Of a stretch of 64,000 bases of DNA, positions 10,225 through 20,172 are shown one piece after another; the first letter of the stretch is position 1, and each line of letters starts with the position of its first letter. Source of the DNA: an uncultured Chthonomonadaceae bacterium (GTDB lineage Bacteria > Armatimonadota > Chthonomonadetes > Chthonomonadales > Chthonomonadaceae). Where the stretch lies: contig CAWIEK010000034.1 in the NCBI GenBank assembly GCA_963835065.1, positions 1-64,000 of the forward strand, given 5' to 3'. The translations under genes and the position numbers were made by a program. The notes beneath the pieces were generated by a model that was not told where the DNA came from, ran no database searches, and saw only the letters and a list, made by a program, of their open reading frames with translations.

Positions 10225-10345
10225 TTACCGCCCGCGTATACAAAAAACAAGGTGCGTAGGGCCGGATAAGCCGTTTCCGGCTGCAAACGTGTCCATGAAG
10301 ACACCGGTTTTGCCGTTGTAGCGTTTGACCTCGTTGGTCAGATGG
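10225..10345 (-). pseudogene. C-terminal remnant of an NHL/Vgb-like repeat protein
   Basis: TNEVKRYNGKTGVFMDTFAAGNGLSGPTHLVF resembles one propeller repeat; no credible upstream gene body. Confidence 0.45.
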
Positions 10346-10511
10346 CTGCATACGTTGGCACATTCGAGCCGGCGCATAATTGCTGCTGTATTCCCATACG
10401 CCCGGTTTGCTCCTGCCGAACTTTTCACGCGCGATGCAGGAAAACAGAGCGCGTAAAATGTACGTTGGTTTTGACATACGTTACTTTCGACATATACAGT
10501 ATAATAGCAAT

Positions 10512-11249
10512 ATGAATCATGCCCAAAACGACGAACGTCCCGCCCTCAACCCTCAACCCGGGCGTCCACCTGCAGGGAAGGACACAACCCTCAACACGTT
10601 ACATGCGCGTTGGCTTGGGCAAGTGGAATTTCAAGCGGCCTGGGATTTGCAAAAAGAACTTGCGGCGCAGCGCTTGGCGAGCGAAATCGGCGACACGCTG
10701 CTGCTGCTGGAACATCCGCCTACGCTCACGCTCGGACGCGCTTCTCATGCGGAACACCTGCTCGCCACGACCAAACAACTCGAACAGGAACACATCTCTG
10801 TTGTGGACGTGGATCGGGGCGGCGACATCACCTATCACGGGCCGGGGCAGCTTGTCGGCTACCCCATTTTGAACCTGCGCGAACCGCCGCACACGCCCGA
10901 CCTCCACGTTTATTTACGCCATCTGGAAGAAGTCTTGATTTTAACGCTGGCGCAGTTCGGCGTTGACGCGGACAGGTTCCCCGGCTATACGGGCGTGTGG
11001 GTCGGCATGGACACGCCCGCGCCCCGCAAGATCGCCGCTATCGGCGTGAAGTCCAGCCGCTGGATCACGCAGCACGGCTTTGCCCTCAATGTCGCTCCCA
11101 ATCTCGCGCACTTCGACTTGATTGTTCCCTGCGGCATCCGCGATTACGGCGTCACGTCCCTGTCGGAGCATCTTGGCTTCCCCGTTTCTATAGAAGACGT
11201 TCTGCCCCAAGTGACCGCCGCGTTTCAAAAAGTATTCGGCTACGACTAA
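10512..11249 (+). CDS. lipB: Lipoyl(octanoyl) transferase
   Basis: LEHPP, DRGGDITYHGPGQLVGYPI, KIAAIG, HGFALN and IVPCG. Confidence 0.95.
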   Translation: MNHAQNDERPALNPQPGRPPAGKDTTLNTLHARWLGQVEFQAAWDLQKELAAQRLASEIGDTLLLLEHPPTLTLGRASHAEHLLATTKQLEQEHISVVDVDRGGDITYHGPGQLVGYPILNLREPPHTPDLHVYLRHLEEVLILTLAQFGVDADRFPGYTGVWVGMDTPAPRKIAAIGVKSSRWITQHGFALNVAPNLAHFDLIVPCGIRDYGVTSLSEHLGFPVSIEDVLPQVTAAFQKVFGYD

Positions 11250-11298
11250 ATTGTACGCTCTCCCTTTTCCCTCGTCCCTTTTCCCTCTTCCCTTCTAC

Positions 11299-11328
11299 TT
11301 GACACACTCCCGCGCTTTGGTGTATGCT
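11299..11328 (+). promoter_or_regulatory. Putative sigma-70 promoter of tig-clpPX
   Basis: TTGACA-N18-TATGCT. Confidence 0.5.
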
Positions 11329-11450
11329 ACACTTCAACATCACTGCCTTTTCGTTTGTGGCGTGTATTCAGGATACCGGCGGCGCGTTCCAACCGGCCCT
11401 ACGGCGTTGCGGGCGAAGCAACCCCGCGTATCCTCTGTTTTTGCTTTAGT

Positions 11451-11588
11451 AAGGCATTAGGCATCAGGCATTAGGCATTAGGAACATGCATACAAATCTG
11501 CGCGCTCCCGGCAGAGTGGTTTCTGTCCCACACAATTACATCTCAGAGTAATACTCCTAATGCCTAATGCCTGATGCCTAATGCCTAT
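11451..11588. repeat. Inverted heptamer repeats (AGGCATY)n/(RATGCCT)n in the tig leader
   Basis: 4-5 units per arm around a unique spacer of about 75 bp. Confidence 0.85.
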
Positions 11589-11613
11589 CCCACTAGAAGG
11601 AACGTAAACCGTC

Positions 11614-13192
11614 ATGCAGGTCACTGCCGAGCATTTGGATCCCTGTACTGTTGTGCTGGACATTAACGTAGATGAACAGCAGGTAGTTCAGGCGTTTGAA
11701 ATCGCGTATAAAGAGTTTGGCCGCTATGCCAACGTGCCCGGCTTTCGGCCCGGCAAAGCCCCCCGCGCCATTGTCGAGCGCTATGTCAACAAAGAAAAAG
11801 TGCGCCAGCACGCGCTGGAAAAACTGATCCGCGACAGCTATTTTCAGGCTTTGGAAGAGCAGTCCATCGCGCCCTACCGCGACCCGCGCATTGATCCCAC
11901 CGACCTGGAAGACAAAAAGCCCTACGCTTACAAAGCCACCGTGCCGCTGGAACCGCAAATCACCCTGGGCGATTACACCGGGCTTGCGGTTGACAAACCG
12001 GTTTACAAAGTCACCGAGGCGAATGTCGAGGAGCGGCTGACGGCTCTGCGCGAAGAGCGCGCCCGCCTGGAGCGGGTTGCGGACCGGGGCGTGCAGGAGG
12101 GCGACATTCTGATTGCCGAGCAGCAGGTGATTGTCGAAGGCGACGAGGGCGAACCCACTCCCATGCGCCGCCAGTTGATTCAATTGGGCAACAACGTTCC
12201 CGGCTTCGATGACGCCGTGATGGGCATGGAAATCGGCGAGGAGCGGACGTTCGAACTGCACCTTCCCCGACGACCACGAGGACGAGGCCAAGCGGGGCAA
12301 AAAGGCCGCGTACACCGTCAAATTCAGCAGCATCAGCGCCAAAAAGATGCCCGAACTCAACGACGAGTTCGCCAAAACGCTAGGCGTAGGCGAAACCGTC
12401 GAGGAACTGCGCGAACAGCATGCGAACGCGCCTGCAGGCCGAAGCCGACCAGTACGGCGAGCAGATCGCCGAGCAGCGCCTGTTCGACCAAATACTGGCC
12501 AACTCCACCATTTATTTCCCCGCCGTGCTGGTGCGCGAGGAGGTGGAGGACAATCTGCGCCGACTGTCGCAAGAACCTGCGCCAGAGCAACGTCGGCTAC
12601 GGGCAGTACCTGCAAAGTCTGGGCGGCATTTCCGCCGAACAGCATCAGGCCGGACTGGCGCAGCAGGCCGCGCTGCAGATCCGGACCCTGCTGGCCCTGC
12701 GCGAAATCAGCATTCAGGAAGACTTGCAGGCAACCGATGAACAGGTAGACGCGGAATTCGACCGCCTGCTGAGTGAAGGCACTGTGGACGAAGAGCAGTA
12801 CGCGGAATTCAAGGCCGATGGCCGCCGCCGCCTGCAGGTCGCCAACGCCCTGATTCAGCAGCGCCTGCACGACGTTCCTGTTCGCCAACAACACCATCAA
12901 CGAAGTGGAGCAGATCCACCATTCCCGACCCCGAAGCCCTGGAAGACGCGGCTGAAGAAGCCGAAGTTCTTGCCGGTGACGGACTGACCGAAGACGCGAC
13001 GGAAACAAGCGCAACAGATGAAGCGGGCGACACGAGCGCCGCAAGTCAAGGCGGCGAAATAAGCGCGATGGAAGGCGACAGCCTGCAAACCCCGGAACTC
13101 GGTGCGAAAGCGAGTCCGCAAGCGACGAAAGCCACACCCCGGTTATCGGCGCGGCGGAAACCACGACGGAAGGAACCGTCAAGACGGATTAG
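11614..13192 (+). CDS. tig: Trigger factor (several apparent frameshifts; acidic tail)
   Basis: PGFRPGKAP signature; FKBP-like region; continues across frames as TFPDDHED, MPELNDEFAK, IYFPAVLV. Shifts near 12260, 12420, 12575 and 12875 and later. End coordinate inferred. Confidence 0.85.
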
Positions 13193-13214
13193 TTCTTGAT
13201 AAGGAGTAAACAAC

Positions 13215-13846
13215 ATGGATCGCATCGTACGTCCGTCTTATGCCGGGATTGAGCGCGGCAGCGCGCAAAACGTGATCCCGATGGTTGTGGAGCAGTCGGC
13301 GCGGGGCGAACGCGCGTATGACATTTACTCGCGCCTGCTCAAAGAGCGCATCATCTTCATCGGCGAACCCGTCACCGATCATCTCGCCAACCTGGTCATT
13401 GCCGAACTGCTGTTTCTGGAAAAAGAAGACCCGGACGCCGACATTGACATTTACATCAACAGTCCCGGCGGCAGCGTGTCGGCGGGACTGGCCATGTACG
13501 ACGTGATGCAGATGATCAAGTGCGATGTGGCGACCATTTGCGTGGGGCTTGCCGCTTCCATGGGAGCCGTGCTGCTGGCAGGCGGGCAAAGGGCAAGCGC
13601 TACGCCCTGCCCAATGCCCGCATCATGATCCACGCGGTTTCGGGCGGCTACGAGGGAACCGTGCAGGACGCCGAAATCCGCCTGAAAGAGATGGTGCGGA
13701 TGCACGACAGCCTGAACGAGATTCTCGCCCGCCATACCGGCCAGCCCTACGACAAAGTGCGCCGCGACATGGACCGCGACTACTTCATGTCCCCGCAGGA
13801 AGCCCTGGAATATGGCCTGATTGACAAAATCACCGAAAAGAAGTAG
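13215..13846 (+). CDS. clpP: Clp protease proteolytic subunit (one frameshift near 13585)
   Basis: [20 protein letters not shown] and AASMG, then in the other frame [13 protein letters not shown] and DRDYFM. Confidence 0.92.
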
Positions 13847-13888
13847 CAAGGACGCGGTGGTTTGCGCCGATAATGCAGGAAGAAGGCA

Positions 13889-14008
13889 TTCAGGTGTTCA
13901 GGTATCGGGTGTTCGGGAAATGCAAAAGTAACACGTTTGCTTTTGCGCGGCAAGGCTGCCAGTCCAACACCCGAACCGAACACCTGAATACCTGAACACC
14001 TGAATACC
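13889..14008. repeat. Inverted octamer tandem repeats between clpP and clpX
   Basis: (TTCAGGTG)-type arm followed by (CACCTGAA)-type arm. Confidence 0.8.
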
Positions 14009-14030
14009 CTCTCCGAAGGAGACAACGCTC

Positions 14031-15323
14031 GTGCCCAGGGATTACGACCGAATGAAGGTCGATTGAGAGCCGCTGCGTGCTGTGCGGCAAGACGCGCGAA
14101 CAGGTGAAGCGATTGATTCTGGGCGTCCACGGCGGCGTGTGTCTGGACTGCGTGGATCGGTGCAACCACATCATTCGCACGAGGGGTACGAGGCGGACAA
14201 GCACGCCCCGTTACCTGGGGCGCGATGCCCAAGCCCAAAGAGATTTACCGCATTTTCAGCCAGTACGTGGTCGGGCAGGAGCGCGCCAAGCGCAGCCTGG
14301 CCGTCGCCGTTTACAACCACTACAAGCGCATCAGCCATCCTAGTCCCGACGTCGAACTGCAAAAAAGCAATATTCTGCTGATCGGGCCGACCGGTTCGGG
14401 CAAAACCCTGCTGGCGCAGACATTGGCCAAAATTTTGCAGGTTCCCTTCGCCATCGCCGACGCCACCAGCCTGACGGAAGCCGGGTATGTGGGCGAGGAT
14501 GTGGAAAACATTCTGCTCAAACTGCTGCAGGCGGCGGAAAGCCAGAACCCCAACGGCGGCCTGGAGCAGACGGTCAAGGCGGCGCAGCGCGGCATCATCT
14601 ACATTGACGAGATAGATAAGATCACCCGCAAAAGTCGAAAACCCCTCCATCACCCGCGACGTGAGCGGCGAGGGCGTCCAGCAGGCGCTGCTCAAAATTC
14701 TGGAAGGCACGGTCGCCAATGTGCCGCCGCAGGGCGGGCGCAAGCATCCGCAGCAGGAATATGTTCAACTGGATACCACGAATGTGCTGTTCATCTGCGG
14801 CGGCGCGTTCGAGGGATTGGCCAATATCATCGAGCGGCGCATCAACACGCGCACAATGGGCATCCGCAGCAACGTCGCCACCAAAGTGGAGCGCGAAGCC
14901 GCCAAAGGCAGCATTTTCCAGCACGTCATGCCCGACGACCTGCTCAAATTCGGCCTGATCCCCGAATTCATCGGACGCCTGCCCGTCGTCGCCACGCTCG
15001 ACAGCCTGGACGAAGAAGCCCTGATTAAAATTCTGACCGAACCGAAAAACGCGCTGGTCAAGCAGTACCGCAAGTTCTTCGAGTACGACGGCGTGGAACT
15101 GGAGTTTACGCAGGGGGCCTTGCAGGCGATTTCGCAGGAAGCCATGCAGCGCAGCACGGGAGCGCGCGCCCTGCGCACCATCATCGAAGAAGTGATGCTC
15201 AACATCATGTACGAGATACCCTCGGCCAAAGACATCCGCAAATGCGTGATTGAAGAAGAGACCGTCCGCGAACGTCTGGACCCGATCATCTACACCGACA
15301 GCCAACTCCGCCAGGCCTCTTAA
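14031..15323 (+). CDS. clpX: ClpX ATPase (about three frameshifts)
   Basis: RBS AAGGAG with GTG start; C4 zinc finger CVLCGK...[39 protein letters not shown]. Confidence 0.92.
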
Positions 15324-15395
15324 ACAGGATACACCACGAGAAGATTAAACCACGAGGAACACGGGGAACACGGGGAAGAGAATAGGAAAAGTAGG

Positions 15396-15420
15396 GGAGG
15401 GGCAACTTGCCCCTCCTTTG
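15396..15420 (+). terminator. Hairpin after clpX
   Basis: GGAGGGGCAA-C-TTGCCCCTCC followed by TTTG. Confidence 0.55.
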
Positions 15421-15480
15421 TTGATGTGTGCTACAATGAAATAGTCGTCAATTGGTGTGCGCGTTTTGGAGGATACCGCA

Positions 15481-15867
15481 ATGTCTGTCTCAACTCTTAA
15501 CCCCAAAGTTTCCGAAGAGGCTAAATCACCTGCTTCCTCCTTAAACAATTTGGAAGAACAAGCCGCTAAAGGCGAATGTACAACACCGTTTACTGCATCC
15601 GGCGAACCTGCTGCTTTAACACAGGCCGAGCAAGCGTTACAATTCTTTACCGGTCAGGTAGAACAGATACCCGGCGTTATCAGGACACGCCGGTATCGGG
15701 TCGCAAGATCGAACGAAGAAGGCGTGATGGTTGTCGTTGCCAATCTGTTCAGTCCTATCACGCATGAGGTGATTCGCGTACAGGAACTAACCTATGATGC
15801 CATGCCCGGCATACGCTTCAGTCTTGACATAAAAGACGCCAGCACCACAGAAAATAGAGACAAATAG
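15481..15867 (+). CDS. Small protein, candidate antitoxin (possibly degenerate MNT-like)
   Basis: RBS GGAGG; 128 aa; 12 bp upstream of the HEPN gene; no GS/DxD motif. Confidence 0.5.
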   Translation: MSVSTLNPKVSEEAKSPASSLNNLEEQAAKGECTTPFTASGEPAALTQAEQALQFFTGQVEQIPGVIRTRRYRVARSNEEGVMVVVANLFSPITHEVIRVQELTYDAMPGIRFSLDIKDASTTENRDK

Positions 15868-15879
15868 GAGCGTACTGCG

Positions 15880-16277
15880 ATGAACGCTTCCTCTCTGGAT
15901 GCAAGTCCTCTCTGGATGCAAGCAAGTCAGACGAACACAGGGTGGAAGCAGCATCGAATTATCAGCGCTACGAAATTCTTCGAGGGCAAGGCCAATGGGG
16001 ATGGGCGGCAGTGTTGTTGTTTTATTCTGCCCTGCATCTCGTCGAAGCCTACAAGTGTATCCACCATCCTGACGAAGTTTTCAGCAGCCATGCCGCGCGA
16101 TTGGATTACGTTTTTGATGAACTCCGGGCAGTAAACGCATGGTATAGAGCGTTGTACAGCATGAGCAGAAGTGTGCGCTACGACTTGTACCACTGCACGG
16201 AACAAAACTTGGATTTTGCGCATGGCGATTACACGCTTTTGTGGGTAGAGATGGAGAAACTTGGCATCACTTACTGA
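15880..16277 (+). CDS. HEPN-domain protein with its 5' end frameshifted by a 17-bp tandem duplication
   Basis: WAAVLLFYSALHLVEA, SHAAR and SRSVRY motifs; RBS TAGGAG before ATG 15880; alternative in-frame GTG at 15942. Confidence 0.7.
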
Positions 16278-16378
16278 GGTATCTTATCGCAATGCTCTAC
16301 AGATGTCAACTGTCCGGCAGATTGCGCGCATACACGCTATGTTTACCAGCCGAGCATGTATAGGAGGACGCTTCGCTA

Positions 16379-17191
16379 ATGAAAGCCAGGCGAAAACACC
16401 CCAGTTACGCTTATACGCTCTTGCAGACAATTCTATTTAGCCTGTTCGGTTCTTCCGTCGCATTCTGCCAGAACACTCCTGTACCACCCCTTAACAAGCA
16501 GCCCCTCATTCTGGACTGTAAGCAGCAGACACTGGCGCAGATTGTTGCCACGCTTTCTGGTCAGATGAAGCGCAGCATTGTCGTTGATGATGAGCCTTCT
16601 GACCGCAAAGTAGACATTCATACCACAAAGACCGCGAAGGAAGCGGTAGAGGCTGTCGCCGCTGCCTTCGATTATGCCTGGACTCTCAACAAACACGGCA
16701 TCCTGGTAATGCGTAAAGCGTTCACGCAGAAGGATATCCTGCCGCAAATGAACCTGCCGGAGATGCGACAGACGGCAAAAACCATTCTCGATGTCCTCAG
16801 CGCCTTACAATGTGACCCGGACCACACGACTTGGGGAATACAATTCCAGACGCTGGCGCAATCCTTCACCGATGCGCAGCGCGAACAACTGCGGGCAGGC
16901 AAAATTCTGCGCCAGGCAGATTTGAACCAACAGCAAGGATCTCTGCTGCAGCAAATTGTCATCAATCACGCCTTCTCGTATCTGCTGGATGGCTGGTCTC
17001 CTTTTATCCAATCTCTCGACGCCCTGCCTGCCAGTGTTTTCGTCCTGCGCAAATTAGGCCCAATGCCTGGCATAGCGCCTGGCAAACCAGATCAGCCGTC
17101 TGGCGTAGCGCTGGAGCAGATCGTTCGGGACGCTGAGAACAAGGAGATACATTTCAAGGTGGCTTTCGTTCCCGGGGAGAAAAAACCATGA
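16379..17191 (+). CDS. Secreted protein with STN/secretin-N0-like domain
   Basis: RBS AGGAGG; signal peptide; TLAQIVATLS...IVVD...AVAAAFDYAW pattern. Confidence 0.55.
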   Translation: MKARRKHPSYAYTLLQTILFSLFGSSVAFCQNTPVPPLNKQPLILDCKQQTLAQIVATLSGQMKRSIVVDDEPSDRKVDIHTTKTAKEAVEAVAAAFDYAWTLNKHGILVMRKAFTQKDILPQMNLPEMRQTAKTILDVLSALQCDPDHTTWGIQFQTLAQSFTDAQREQLRAGKILRQADLNQQQGSLLQQIVINHAFSYLLDGWSPFIQSLDALPASVFVLRKLGPMPGIAPGKPDQPSGVALEQIVRDAENKEIHFKVAFVPGEKKP

Positions 17192-18099
17192 CGCGGCTCC
17201 GACTTCTATTTTTGCGTGGTTTTCTTCCGTGCTGCCTGTTGGCTGTATGTTATGTCGGCGGTACTGCCGAACGCGCAGGCGCGCAGGCCACTTCTGTTGC
17301 GCAGGCCGAAGCCGTTTTGTCAACCGCCGAGCGGCTGGCGCGCAAGGCGCATATCTCCTCAGATACGACGCGCCTTGCAGACATTATGGAGGCGCTTTCC
17401 GCGCAGACAGGCTTGAAGATACAGGCCGCGGCGTGCCTGCGCGAACGCAGGATTGTCATGCAGGTGGACGGTCTCAGCGCTGCCGCTTTGCTGGACACGC
17501 TTGCCGAACTCAACGACTGGACGTGGCATGAAGTACAGCCCGGCGTTATTGCCATTGCCCGACGTACCAAGCCGATTCCGCAACAGATTTCCGCTGTTCC
17601 TCCAGCTTTGCAAGCGGCGTTGCCTGCCGATTTTCGCCGTTTTCTCATCGGGACGGGAGGTACGCGCGATGGGATGTATTTTGAACGTTCTGACGCGCCA
17701 GACCTTCAGGCGAGTAGTCCTTTCCGCACCGCCAACCAAAAGGGGATGCGCGACGCCGCTCAACAGTGGCGCGATCAGTTGTGCTTGCTGCTGCAATCCG
17801 ACTTTGCCACAGACGTCAAGATTCCGTACTCCCGGATGAACACCGCGCAAAAGCATGCCCTGCTGGTTTCCAAAATTTTCGATAGCCTGGTTTATTCCAA
17901 CACCACACATTCTCACTACATTCTGATGGGCGTCCTCAGACCCTACGAGCAGGACATTGCCGCCGGCGAGATTACTCTGGAAGGCGAATGGCTGAATATC
18001 CGTACCACAAAACAACTTGCTCCCGACCACACGCAATCTTTCGGTTTCGGCGCAAATGTAAAGCGCGTCCTCGGCGCGGCTCCGCCGCCCATGCCGTAA
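17188..18099 (+). CDS. Secreted protein with STN/secretin-N0-like domain
   Basis: ATGA overlap with the previous gene; signal peptide; LADIMEALSAQTGLKI...LLDTLAELNDWTW. Confidence 0.55.
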   Translation: MTRLRLLFLRGFLPCCLLAVCYVGGTAERAGAQATSVAQAEAVLSTAERLARKAHISSDTTRLADIMEALSAQTGLKIQAAACLRERRIVMQVDGLSAAALLDTLAELNDWTWHEVQPGVIAIARRTKPIPQQISAVPPALQAALPADFRRFLIGTGGTRDGMYFERSDAPDLQASSPFRTANQKGMRDAAQQWRDQLCLLLQSDFATDVKIPYSRMNTAQKHALLVSKIFDSLVYSNTTHSHYILMGVLRPYEQDIAAGEITLEGEWLNIRTTKQLAPDHTQSFGFGANVKRVLGAAPPPMP

Positions 18100-18106
18100 T
18101 TAGAAC

Positions 18107-19780
18107 TTGATACTATCATGCCAAACCTGCGCCATTCTCGTTTTCTTGCTCCTGACGCTCTTGCTTCTTCTCTTCGGAAGCAGAGGGCTTTCGCAAACGC
18201 TTGCGGCGCGGCGGCTTTCGGAACCGCCGCGCCCCCTGTGGTTTGACAAAGACCCGCTTCTCAAAACCAAAGTGGAGGTAAACGCCAGGAGCGTTCCTCT
18301 CAGGCAGCTCCTTGCCTATCTTTCCGCGCAGACAAAGACGCCGCTTTCTGTTTCCGCGCATTTGATGAACTGCCGCGTATCACTTGCTTCCCCATCTCGT
18401 CCCCTGTCGGAAGTGATGATGCGTCTTCAGGACTTGTTGCATCACGGCAGCAAACTTGCCGACAATTCCTGCGGCTGGCAGCGCGTTGAACAAAAAGAGG
18501 GACAGCCGCTGTACCTGCTCACGCAGTCTCGAAAGGGGCTTGCGGAAGAAGAGGCAAACGCGGATGTGCCGGTGCAAACCCTGTCCCGGTGGCTGCGCGA
18601 GATGCGGGAATATGCCCGCCTTGCGCCGGAAAAGCGTAGCGCTTTTAAGACCGACTTTCCCTTCCTCAACTTTTATGCCAAAAAGGGAGAGTCACCCAAT
18701 GACGAGTTTACCGGCCCCTTGTTAGAGGCCGTCAGCGTCTTAACGGACGCAGATATTGACCTCCTTGCCAAAACGGGGCGCGTGGATGCTCCCGGTTTTC
18801 TGCCCTCACCCCAACAGACAGAAGCCATGATTGTCACTGCCAAACGCGCCGGCCTCTACAGGCAAAATTCGGACAAGCCACCAACAGGCGCTTATCTACA
18901 GCTTCATCCTGATACAAATCCGGGACGCTACGCGCTCATTCTAAGGTTCGATTCGGGTTCGGTTGGCGGCATGCCCGGCGGGTTCAATTTCGACACGCTG
19001 GATATCGGCGGCGAATACGAGTGGATACTGGAAATGCTGGATCGCATGGAGCAGGAAGAGCAGGCCAAACCCGTTGAACTGATGGATCCGCAAAAGCGCG
19101 TACCCGGCAAAGTCCCTGTGGTGAGCCTTGCCGCCGCCCTCGACCTGTGGAGCAAAGCGACGGGGCACAATGTTTTTGGCGAGATATTCCTCAAGGAAAA
19201 GGCCGCGCTGACGCTAACCTCCGATAAGCCCGAAACGCTGCTCACCCGCCTCTGCGTCAAGTTCGGCTGCGATTGGCGCAGGATTGGCGGCGACTATCTT
19301 GTGTACAGCAAATCGTGGGCGGCAGACCGCGCTTCCGACATCCCGGATACGACGCTCGACCGGTGGCGGGCCACAATCAAGAAGGAAAAGCGCCTGCCTC
19401 TGGAAACGCTGCTCGAAATGTCCACTCTGCGCCATCCGCAATTCACGATTATTCAACACTACCTTTTTGTAAACGTTTTCACCAGGGCGCAAAACCTGCA
19501 TATGCTGCGCCTGCTGCAATCGCTCAGTAACACAAGGCGGGAACGCGCTATGGCAAAAGAAAGCGTTCCCCTGAACACCGGCGAATTGAAAGTACATAAT
19601 GCGCTGGCAGCTCTGTTTCCCAAAGCCAATGATCTCGGCGAGGCTTCCCTGCAAGTCGGAACAACAACCGTGCATGACTTTCCCGCGTATACAATCACCG
19701 TGACATTGCCCTCCGGCGAAAGTAAATACGGTTTCTTCACCCTCGAACCTCCCCAACCCCCGATGCGGAAAGACCAGTAG
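18107..19780 (+). CDS. Secreted protein with two STN-like domains
   Basis: Hydrophobic N-terminus; DPLLKTKVEV...LRQLLAYLSAQT and SLAAALDLWSKATG...FGCDWRR. Confidence 0.55.
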   Translation: MILSCQTCAILVFLLLTLLLLLFGSRGLSQTLAARRLSEPPRPLWFDKDPLLKTKVEVNARSVPLRQLLAYLSAQTKTPLSVSAHLMNCRVSLASPSRPLSEVMMRLQDLLHHGSKLADNSCGWQRVEQKEGQPLYLLTQSRKGLAEEEANADVPVQTLSRWLREMREYARLAPEKRSAFKTDFPFLNFYAKKGESPNDEFTGPLLEAVSVLTDADIDLLAKTGRVDAPGFLPSPQQTEAMIVTAKRAGLYRQNSDKPPTGAYLQLHPDTNPGRYALILRFDSGSVGGMPGGFNFDTLDIGGEYEWILEMLDRMEQEEQAKPVELMDPQKRVPGKVPVVSLAAALDLWSKATGHNVFGEIFLKEKAALTLTSDKPETLLTRLCVKFGCDWRRIGGDYLVYSKSWAADRASDIPDTTLDRWRATIKKEKRLPLETLLEMSTLRHPQFTIIQHYLFVNVFTRAQNLHMLRLLQSLSNTRRERAMAKESVPLNTGELKVHNALAALFPKANDLGEASLQVGTTTVHDFPAYTITVTLPSGESKYGFFTLEPPQPPMRKDQ

Positions 19781-20121
19781 ACTTGCGCTCGTAAGACAAA
19801 GCAGCAAAAAAGACAGAGAAAAGAACAAAATAACGCAAAACAAACGAACCCTTTGCTCGATACAGCCGTCTAAATAGTGAAACAAACGTCTACTGTTTAG
19901 ATGTTATACCCATAGGAAGGGAGGTGCATGAGAATGTTCCCACGCTCCCGTTCGCCCTGACGCTGCTGAGGTCACGACGCCTCTCTCCTACAATCTGACA
20001 CAACGAGACATCGGGCTGGAAGCGCTGCATTGCCAAGATTTCGACGCTGCCTCTACATATTCTCTTTTTTCCTAATTCTTTTCTCTGCCTGCCGCTTTCC
20101 CGTCGCTCCCAAACATATAAG

Positions 20122-20172
20122 CTCCCCCTTCTCCCAGGCTTTTTTGGGAGAAGGGGGTAGGGGGTTGAGGGC
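20122..20172. repeat. REP-like hairpin CCCCCTTCTCCCA...TGGGAGAAGGGGG
   Basis: Same family as 5665-5711, ends GGGGTTGAGGGC and abuts a stop codon. Confidence 0.7.

Noticed and set aside
11340..11445. tRNA upstream of tig
   Set aside because: GC-rich with a GGATAC/GTATCC pair, but no cloverleaf, T-loop consensus or CCA end.
11614..15323. True pseudogenisation or programmed frameshifting of tig, clpP and clpX
   Set aside because: Residues are conserved across each shift and no slippery motifs are evident. Sequencing indels are more parsimonious.
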